A stretch of 64,000 bases of DNA from an uncultured Planctomycetota bacterium (GTDB lineage: Bacteria; Planctomycetota; Planctomycetia; Pirellulales; Thermoguttaceae), in assembly GCA_902786505.1 (NCBI GenBank), contig CADACS010000002.1, positions 6,684 through 70,683 on the forward strand, given 5' to 3'. Below, piece after piece: positions 57,179 through 64,000 of the stretch (position 1 is the first letter of the stretch; every line of letters starts with the position of its first letter). Both the position numbers and the translations under genes were made by a program. The notes beneath the pieces are model-generated. The model searched no databases. It was not told the origin of the DNA and worked only from the letters and a program-made list of their open reading frames with translations.

Positions 57179-58954
57179 ATGAGTACTACAATTTACAAGC
57201 AGCTAACAGGCGCCCTTGCCGCCCTTCTCCTGGTCTTGGGATCAGGCGTCGCGGCGCATGCGTGGGATCGGGTTAAACCTTCGCCCGTTACCGTCGAAAC
57301 GTCGATAGGAGAGGATAATTGGGTCGCCGTAAAAGCGGAACCTGATTTGGAAATCTATGGCGAAGAGTCGCCGGAACAGATCGACGGTTCTATGTTAACG
57401 CTGGACGCGACCGACGGCGAAGCGGTTGAAACCGATGATTCGATTGACGTTGATTCCTGGTTCGAATCGGCGGAAAGCGCCGAGCTCGACGCTGTCGAAG
57501 AGACCGTCGAGGCAGAACTCGACGAAGCGATTTCGCTCGACGTCGACGACTGGTTTGAATCGACGGAAAGCGAAGCAGACTCCATAATAGAGGAAATCGC
57601 CGAACAAGAGACCGACGCCGAATCGTACGACGTCGACGCTTGGTTTGACGCCGACGCCGACGCTCTTGACGTTTTAACGCTCGACGTTGAAGACGCAATC
57701 GAGGAAGAGACGGAAGAGGCCGTTTCGGTCGGCGAACTTGGATTGGAAGACGGCGTCGTCGATCTCAACGAGACGTCCGGCGAACCGGTTCGCGAAGAAG
57801 AATCGGGGGCGGCCCTTGTCCCTGTTTCCAACTTGGGCGACGCGATAACGGTCGCGCCCGGCTTTGCGACGCTTGACGTCGCGGCGGAGGACGAACCGGC
57901 GCAGGAAGAGACGCCCGCCGAGGAACCGGTTATCGAGGAACAGATCGGGAAAGAGTCCCTCATAGAGGCCGGTACTGAAAAGACCGAAGACCCGGCGTCT
58001 GAGAAACCGGCGCCGGAAGAAGCGGCGGCCGAAGAGCCGAAGGCGGAAGAACCCGCCGCAGCCGCGCCCGACGAAACGAAAGACAACGGAGTCGCCGTTT
58101 CGGGCGAACCGCAGTCTCCGCAAATAGCGACGTCGGAATGGACCGCGGCGCAGCCGTCGGTCGGCGATCAGGTTTGGATCGTTATGGCGACCGCAGACGG
58201 ATTCTACTGCCAGACGTTGGAGAACAACGCGTGGCGCGTCGCCGACGTCAAAGAATTTTACGCGGGCGATTCCGCAGACCGTTCGACGGTTATCTGGGCG
58301 CACGGCTTTAAAACGGACATGACGGGCGCGGCCGAATCCGGCTGTTCGTTCCGGAACACAATCGACGCGGCGCGCGCCGCGGCCGGTTCCTCGCGCGCGT
58401 ATCGGCTCGTGATTTGGAAGTGGAGTTCCGAACGCGGGGCCGGTCGGCTTCGAATCGACGCGCAGATGAAAGGAAGAATCGCCGACGCCGAAGGGCGGCG
58501 CCTCGCGAACTTCATAGGCGGTATGAACGCGTCGAACAACGTGTCGCTCGTTGGGTTCAGTTTTGGCGCGCGCGTCGTGGGATCCGCGCTTCAATGTCTT
58601 GCGACGTCGCCGTCGACTTATATGACGAACCGCACGGGCCGCGTTTCGCTCGTCCTTGCGAGCTCGGCGTGCGATTACGGCGCGTTCGATTGGAGCTACG
58701 CCAACGGCGCGTCGATCCCGGCTTACGTTCTGAATATCTATAATCCTGCAGATTTTGCGCTGCGGTACTATCCGTTCGTTTCGGATACCGGTTCGCAGGC
58801 GCAGGGCGTCTATCCGATAACGGGGTCCGCTTTTACGGGCGCCGTCGGATCCGCGTTTAATATCAACGTGAGCGGCGCCGTCGGCAAAGAACACTCGTTT
58901 ACCGACGAAATTCAGGCGGTCCCCTGCTCCGTTTTGATTGACGCGCTCTTCTAA
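57179..58954 (+). CDS. secreted protein: acidic repeat region plus a C-terminal alpha/beta-hydrolase-like (DUF900-like) domain
   Basis: Signal peptide ...ALLLVLGSGVAAHA. Three DVDxWF(E/D) acidic repeats. The C-terminal part has VIWAHGF and a GFSFGARV G-x-S-x-G motif. Confidence 0.75.
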   Translation: MSTTIYKQLTGALAALLLVLGSGVAAHAWDRVKPSPVTVETSIGEDNWVAVKAEPDLEIYGEESPEQIDGSMLTLDATDGEAVETDDSIDVDSWFESAESAELDAVEETVEAELDEAISLDVDDWFESTESEADSIIEEIAEQETDAESYDVDAWFDADADALDVLTLDVEDAIEEETEEAVSVGELGLEDGVVDLNETSGEPVREEESGAALVPVSNLGDAITVAPGFATLDVAAEDEPAQEETPAEEPVIEEQIGKESLIEAGTEKTEDPASEKPAPEEAAAEEPKAEEPAAAAPDETKDNGVAVSGEPQSPQIATSEWTAAQPSVGDQVWIVMATADGFYCQTLENNAWRVADVKEFYAGDSADRSTVIWAHGFKTDMTGAAESGCSFRNTIDAARAAAGSSRAYRLVIWKWSSERGAGRLRIDAQMKGRIADAEGRRLANFIGGMNASNNVSLVGFSFGARVVGSALQCLATSPSTYMTNRTGRVSLVLASSACDYGAFDWSYANGASIPAYVLNIYNPADFALRYYPFVSDTGSQAQGVYPITGSAFTGAVGSAFNINVSGAVGKEHSFTDEIQAVPCSVLIDALF

Positions 58955-59039
58955 ACGCGTGAAGAGTTCCAGCCCAACCCGAAAACGCCGACGCGGCTTG
59001 CAAAGAGCCGTCGCCGGCGTTTTTTTGTTTTTCCGCACG

Positions 59040-60206
59040 CTACGCGATCGACATGCACAGGAGCAGGAAACTCGTCGCGTTGAGCCCCATGTGCATACCG
59101 AGAACGGTCGGGTAGCTGCGCGTCTTATAATAGACCGCGCCTTCTGCAAGCGCAAAGATTAAAATGGGCGCGGGATCGACGATAACGCTTGGATAGAGAT
59201 TCTGGAGCGTTATTTTGACAAGGTAAACGATCGGCGCGACAAACGCGTAAAGAACCAGTCCCTGAGAGAATTCGCGGATAAGCCGCGCCAGGATAGGAGT
59301 TTGAACGCCGCTCTCCCCTTCCCTTTCTCCGCGCGCGGCGCAGCCAAGATCGCCGGCGGTCGCGCGCGATACGATAACGAGAAAAGATACGCAAATAAGT
59401 ATCGTCAGTACGTTTGCGACGGATCCGCACAGCGTCGCGTAGAGGAGCGCGGCCGCCGACTGGGGCGCGCTGGGATCTTCCGGCGCGGCCGCGTGCAGGA
59501 GCGCAAAGAGGAGCGCGGGCGGGATAATCGCGGCAAGCGCGACTCGCGCGTTGGGACGGTTTGACGCGCCGGGCGATTCTGCGTCGGCCGGATCCGGATC
59601 CGGGTTCGGTTCGCCGAACCGTATGCGTGCCGCGCGTTCAAACGCCCCTTGCAGAACGACCCGAAAGACGAGCTCCTCCGTCGCGGGCGCGACGACGACT
59701 ACCGCCGCGATAAAGACCAGTATGATCGGGATAAAGTAGGGCGTTCCCTTTGCGCGGACGAGCATGCGCGCGACGGGATGCTGCGTCGAGAGGTCGCGTT
59801 CGTCCTTTGGCGACGGCGTTTCCTCCGTTTGCGGTTCTGGCGTCCCCTCTTCTGGCGGAACGTCGCCAGTCTCTTTATTTTCAACGGTTTGCGCCGACTC
59901 CTGCGCCGGTATAAACCGATCTTTGACCGAAACCTTTCCGAGAAACTGTATAAACGCCGGAGCGACAATGAGATAAACGATAAAAAGAGAGAGCGCGACG
60001 TCGAGTCCCCACGGAACGGAGCTAACGTTCGAATCCCCTTCCCGTTTGCGAAAAACGCTGAAACCGAATCGCCAAGACGCAAGACTGATAAAGAGATACG
60101 CGCAAATAAGACCGAGCGAAAGCTGAAACCAAAACGACGACACATTATAGGACAGACCGTTTTCGCCTGTTCCGAAAAGAGAAAAAGCGCCGTATAATTC
60201 CGCCAT
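59040..60206 (-). CDS. CPBP family intramembrane glutamic endopeptidase (CAAX protease-like)
   Basis: Polytopic. The EELVFRVVLQG motif is followed by FALLH and a C-terminal GMHMGLN. Confidence 0.8.
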   Translation of the reverse strand: MAELYGAFSLFGTGENGLSYNVSSFWFQLSLGLICAYLFISLASWRFGFSVFRKREGDSNVSSVPWGLDVALSLFIVYLIVAPAFIQFLGKVSVKDRFIPAQESAQTVENKETGDVPPEEGTPEPQTEETPSPKDERDLSTQHPVARMLVRAKGTPYFIPIILVFIAAVVVVAPATEELVFRVVLQGAFERAARIRFGEPNPDPDPADAESPGASNRPNARVALAAIIPPALLFALLHAAAPEDPSAPQSAAALLYATLCGSVANVLTILICVSFLVIVSRATAGDLGCAARGEREGESGVQTPILARLIREFSQGLVLYAFVAPIVYLVKITLQNLYPSVIVDPAPILIFALAEGAVYYKTRSYPTVLGMHMGLNATSFLLLCMSIA

Positions 60207-60278
60207 AGTTCAGTACTTAAAAAGAACCGGCGCGTTGTAGAGCCGCGCCGGTTTTGCGTTGGAAACCGCGTCCGCCCG

Positions 60279-60926
60279 TTACGCGTTCGTCTTATTCTTG
60301 TGCATATTTATTGCGGCGCGGATATAAACCCATCCGGAATAAAGCGTTAGATAAACGACGACGTATAAAAGCAAAATGAACGCAAGCTTGATAAAACACG
60401 GAACTTCAATTCCGCGTTCGAGCAGTACGAGAATCAGGAAACCGATCGGGAGATCGACGCACTGCAGGCCCGTCTTCCATTTGCCGATCCATTTGGCGGA
60501 AAAATCGCCGCCGCTCGATTCGATCATCGAACGCAGCATGGTGACGAACAGTTCGCGCATGATAATGGCGACGACCATCCACGTCGCGAGCCCGAACGGG
60601 ATCTTGCCGAGCGCGCAGTCGCAGGTGAAGAGATCGTGAAGTTCGGGAATCGCGGCAAAGTATATAAACGTCCCGCAGACGAGCGTTTTGTCCGCGAACG
60701 GATCCATAATGCGCCCGAACTGCGTCTGCTGCTTGTACTTCCGAGCCCACCATCCGTCGACGTAGTCGGTGACGGCCGCAATGACGAAGAGGACAAGAGA
60801 CGTAATATAGAACTTGAAAGGAATGAGAACGAAGATAACGATCGACAGAACGATACGCGCGATCGTCAGTACGTTCGGAACGTTCCAAAGCGCCTTTTGA
60901 GAACACTGATTCGTTGCGTCGGACAT
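60279..60926 (-). CDS. pgsA: CDP-diacylglycerol--glycerol-3-phosphate 3-phosphatidyltransferase (CDP-alcohol phosphatidyltransferase family)
   Basis: NVPNVLTIARI plus DYVDGWWARKYKQQTQFGRIMDPFADK, which fits the D-G-x2-A-R-x8-G-x3-D-x3-D motif. Confidence 0.85.
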   Translation of the reverse strand: MSDATNQCSQKALWNVPNVLTIARIVLSIVIFVLIPFKFYITSLVLFVIAAVTDYVDGWWARKYKQQTQFGRIMDPFADKTLVCGTFIYFAAIPELHDLFTCDCALGKIPFGLATWMVVAIIMRELFVTMLRSMIESSGGDFSAKWIGKWKTGLQCVDLPIGFLILVLLERGIEVPCFIKLAFILLLYVVVYLTLYSGWVYIRAAINMHKNKTNA

Positions 60927-60983
60927 GTTTCGTTTCCTCAGGAATCAATATAACGAACGCCGCGGGAACGGCGTAATATACGG

Positions 60984-61913
60984 TTATTTCGCCGCGTCTT
61001 CGCGAAACGCGTCGATTTGGGAGATTGCCGCGAGCGCCTGAATGAGCGCCTGCGTTCCTTTTCGCGCGCCCCCTTGCGCCATGAGCGCGACGTAAAGCTG
61101 ATGGACGAGCGCGAGGCCGGGCAGCGCGAGGTTCATTTTTCGCGCGTCGTCGAGCGCGATTCCCATATCTTTAACGAAGTGTTCGACGTAGAAGCCGGGT
61201 TTGAAGTCGCCGCGTAAAATGCGGGGCGCGTAGTTCGACAGCGACCAGCTTCCCGCCGCGCCCGTCGAGACGGACGCCAAAACGCCTTCGAGATCAAGCC
61301 CTGCGCGATAGGCGTACAAAAGGGCCTCGCACACGCCGATCATCGTTCCGGCAATGAGAATCTGGTTTGCCATTTTAGTGCGTTGACCCGATCCAGACTC
61401 GCCGGAAAAACGGATATTCGTTCCGAGATTCTGAAGAATGGGCTCGACGCGTTTGAGCGTCGTTTCGCCGCCGCCGACCATAATCGAGAGCGTTCCGTTT
61501 TTCGCGCCGACGTCCCCTCCGGAGACGGGCGCGTCGAGCGAATCGAATCCGGCCGCGTCGGCCGCCTGGCTAATCTGCCGCGCAAGTTCGGGCGAGCTGG
61601 TCGTCATATCGACGTAAACGCGCCGCGCGCCGTCTTGACCGACGGGCTCGCCGCGCCACGCCGCAAGGACGCCGGCGTCGCCAAAGAAAATCTCCCGCAC
61701 GTCGTCGGGGTATCCGACGGTTGAAAACACAATATCGGAAAGGGCCGCCAGTTCTTTTGCGCCGTCCGCCCACCGAGCGCCGCGCGCGAGGAGCGGCTCC
61801 GCTTTGGCGCGCGTGCGCGTATAAACAGCGATCGGATAGCCCGCGTCGAGCAAACGGCCCGCGCACGAGCCGCCGATGACGCCGGTTCCGATCCATCCGA
61901 TGCGAGGTTTCAT
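60984..61913 (-). CDS. NAD(P)-dependent 3-hydroxyisobutyrate / 2-hydroxy-3-oxopropionate reductase family oxidoreductase
   Basis: IGWIGTGVIGGSCAGRL Rossmann motif, DAPVSGG, and KMANQILIAG. Confidence 0.9.
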   Translation of the reverse strand: MKPRIGWIGTGVIGGSCAGRLLDAGYPIAVYTRTRAKAEPLLARGARWADGAKELAALSDIVFSTVGYPDDVREIFFGDAGVLAAWRGEPVGQDGARRVYVDMTTSSPELARQISQAADAAGFDSLDAPVSGGDVGAKNGTLSIMVGGGETTLKRVEPILQNLGTNIRFSGESGSGQRTKMANQILIAGTMIGVCEALLYAYRAGLDLEGVLASVSTGAAGSWSLSNYAPRILRGDFKPGFYVEHFVKDMGIALDDARKMNLALPGLALVHQLYVALMAQGGARKGTQALIQALAAISQIDAFREDAAK

Positions 61914-62173
61914 GCGAAAAACTCCCCGATAGCCCGTTCAATTTACTGTTTTGAAGTCCGCCTGGGGCGACGCGGTTGTTTGCGGCCGACGCGCGCCAGT
62001 CCTGTTGTACGAATTGTCCCCGAAATCTATTCCGGCGTCAAGCATAAATATCGCCATATCGTACGTTTTTTTGACGCGAGTCCTTTCCCGTTGAATTTTG
62101 TTAGAAAAATCTCCAAAAACCCCCTTGCTCTTGACGGAAATTCGGTTATATTCTTTCCTGTTGATTGCAACGC

Positions 62174-62258
62174 GCGGGCGTGGCGGAATTGGCAGACGCG
62201 TCAGGTTGAGGGCCTGATGGGAGTTAATCCCGTGGAGGTTCGAGTCCTCTCGCCCGCA
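62174..62258 (+). tRNA. tRNA-Leu (anticodon GAG), long variable arm, no encoded CCA
   Basis: Acceptor stem GCGGGCG/CGCCCGC with discriminator A. Anticodon stem TCAGG/CCTGA with loop TTGAGGG. T-arm GGTTCGAGTCC. The extra arm TGGGAGTTAATCCCGTG is typical of class II tRNAs. Confidence 0.9.
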
Positions 62259-62263
62259 CTGAA

Positions 62264-62300
62264 AGAACCCAGTCGTCAACGGCGGCTGGGTTCTTTTTGT
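62264..62300 (+). terminator. Rho-independent terminator after tRNA-Leu
   Basis: Stem AGAACCCAG/CTGGGTTCT (62264..62272 and 62286..62294), followed by TTTTTGTTT. Confidence 0.75.
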
Positions 62301-62329
62301 TTCTTGCGCGCCGTTTCTTTCGCCGCGCG

Positions 62330-63019
62330 TCAGTTTGCCGCGTTCTGTTCTTCTTCGATTTGCCGCGTTTTTTTGCCGATGCTCAAACCCAGCTGATACG
62401 CCTTTTCCAGATCTTCTTCAAAGTGGGCGTCCCGGTATTGGCGTTTGTCCTCTTCGTTGAACAGAGTCATGTCATATCGGGAATAGTCGTTGAACTGATA
62501 CGTGTTGCAGATATAGAGCAGTTCGTTGTACCCCATGATCGCTTCCATCGATTTCGCGGAATCGGAAAGGATCACGTCGTAGTTGTAGTTTGCCATCAGT
62601 TCGCGCGGAACGTTCATCGTATAAATGAGCCCCGTCGGAACGACTTTATCGCGAACGACGACTTGTTTGCCGTCTTTATAGACGTAGGTTCCGACAGGGA
62701 AGAGCCAGCGTTCGAGAAAAGAGCGCGTTTGTCCTGTCGGAAAACTATAGTAGACGGGCGTGCCGACAATAACGGCGTCCGCTTCGCGAACCTTTTCCAG
62801 AACAGGCCGGAGCGCGTCCCGATAGGCGCACAGGCCGTTCGTTTTGCTGTTTTTGATTTTACAGGCGAAGCAGCTCACGCAGCCCTTGTATTCATAGTCG
62901 TAGAGCCGGACCGTTTCGACCGTACCGCCGGCGTCGGCGAACCCTTGCGCGGCGCGCTGGAGCGCTTTGTCGGTGTTCCATTTCTTGCGGGGACTTCCGT
63001 TAATGACAATCGCTTTCAT
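62330..63019 (-). CDS. flavodoxin-like fold NAD(P)H-dependent FMN reductase / iron-sulfur flavoprotein family
   Basis: Internal ATG at 63019. The product reads MKAIVINGSPRKKWNT...GCVSCFACK...ADAVIVGTPVYY. Confidence 0.85.
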   Translation of the reverse strand: MKAIVINGSPRKKWNTDKALQRAAQGFADAGGTVETVRLYDYEYKGCVSCFACKIKNSKTNGLCAYRDALRPVLEKVREADAVIVGTPVYYSFPTGQTRSFLERWLFPVGTYVYKDGKQVVVRDKVVPTGLIYTMNVPRELMANYNYDVILSDSAKSMEAIMGYNELLYICNTYQFNDYSRYDMTLFNEEDKRQYRDAHFEEDLEKAYQLGLSIGKKTRQIEEEQNAAN

Positions 63020-63439
63020 ACGTATGCCCGATTTCTGTCGTGTTGCCTTGCGGTTTGGTTCGGTCTGCGTTGCAGTACGCGTATTTTCCAGAACTTTCAA
63101 TAGACCGTTTGTGTTATTATGTCAGCCGGGGCGTAAAAAACAAGCCGAAAAAAATTATTTAAAGGTTTTGAGATTAGAGAAAATAGATAGGTTAGACAAG
63201 TAGCAAAAATCAAGCCTTTAGGATAAAGAAAGGGCTGTTTCTCCCCGCGCTCGCAACGTGCGTAGACGGAATTACCGGCGTTATCGGGAAGGGCGGTATT
63301 TTTTTGCTCTTGAAATAGTTGGAAATAAAAGATAGAGTAAGAAAGATTCTAACTTTGGCGCTCGATAGTCGATTGGAATAAGAGCGCGCCGTGCGGCGCC
63401 GGAAGAATGACAACGCCGTTTGCCTAAGGATGGAAAGCG

Positions 63440-63775
63440 ATGAATCGAGTAAATAATAACGACAATACGAGCTCCAAGCGAGGGAAGGGGCGCGCTCGCG
63501 CGGCGGCGGGCCTTCTCCTTGCCGCTCTCCTTTTGCCGGGCTGCAAAACGCTCAACGAGAGTCCTCAGAACGAACGGTTCTGGTTTCCGACGCTTGCGCC
63601 GCCGACGCAAAAGGAACGCGAGATGCGCAGCTATAATTATCCTGAAGGCGGCGATCCGTTCGTCGACGCGGAAGTGGGGCCGAAGACGTTCAACACGCGT
63701 CCGCGAGGTTGGTTTGACCAGCGTTCGAAGACGTCCGACGTCTTGCGCGAATATCCCGACGTCGAATACGATTGA
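63440..63775 (+). CDS. small lipoprotein (hypothetical)
   Basis: ATG start. The lipobox lies in LLLAALLLPGC. 111 aa. Confidence 0.6.
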   Translation: MNRVNNNDNTSSKRGKGRARAAAGLLLAALLLPGCKTLNESPQNERFWFPTLAPPTQKEREMRSYNYPEGGDPFVDAEVGPKTFNTRPRGWFDQRSKTSDVLREYPDVEYD

Positions 63776-63800
63776 CCCCTCCTGTTCTTTTGTCGCATTG

Positions 63801-63839
63801 CGCCGTGAAACTTCGAGTTTTCACGGCGTTTTTTATTTT
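63801..63839 (+). terminator. Rho-independent terminator
   Basis: 10-bp stem CGCCGTGAAA/TTTCACGGCG (63801..63810 and 63819..63828), followed by TTTTTTATTTT. Confidence 0.8.
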
Positions 63840-64000
63840 GCGTATCTTTTCCTATCCGCCAGTCTTGCGTAATCCGTTTGAGAAGAGTTTTTCTAACGCC
63901 ATACCTTAAAACATTTTAGGAAGATCGTGAATTTATCAAAAAAGATTAGGCAGTTCTCTTTTCTTTGCGTGAAAAAAATGGTATAATTCCGGGGGATAGC

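Noticed and set aside
61938-62279. 113-aa minus-strand ORF.
   Set aside because: It overlaps the tRNA-Leu gene and its upstream region, and it has no RBS or recognisable motifs.

Overview
64-kb chromosomal window, about 55-60% GC by eye, with several sharply AT-rich intergenic blocks. It is probably from a PVC-superphylum bacterium (Planctomycetota, Verrucomicrobiota or relatives); this is inferred from the microcompartment locus and the gene families, not measured. No rRNA, CRISPR array, transposase or integrase was seen. Positions 1-36.7 kb are almost entirely minus-strand. They carry hydrolases, a ybiH-ybhGFSR-like TetR/HlyD/ABC-2 efflux operon, three tandem copies of a secreted esterase module, a beta-helix protein, an OPA-family MFS transporter, a HAD-IIA phosphatase, ribBA, rny, frr, a Wzc-like tyrosine autokinase with a very long Gly-Tyr tail, an exported PCMT fusion, apbE and dnaN. 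A 0.5-kb very AT-rich block lies upstream of dnaN, and gene orientation flips to the plus strand at about 39 kb. Positions 39.3-47.7 kb hold a complete PVM-type bacterial microcompartment locus: pduL, 2 BMC-H, ackA, 3 BMC-P, an acylating aldehyde dehydrogenase and a class II aldolase. It also contains two unexplained genes, a 3-TM protein with a His-rich tail and a 268-aa protein with an encapsulation-peptide-like N-terminus. Downstream are an M24 peptidase, csrA, a low-GC islet with a toxin C-terminal remnant plus an immunity-like gene, a DUF1844 protein with Cys/His tandem repeats, pgsA, tRNA-Leu(GAG) and assorted secreted or lipoproteins. A perfect palindrome, GTTTCACGTGAAAC, occurs three times within 4.3 kb. 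The ORF track prints M for TTG and GTG starts, so several starts were moved to internal ATG codons with better RBS context. All calls rest on reading the sequence and on remembered family motifs; no searches were run.
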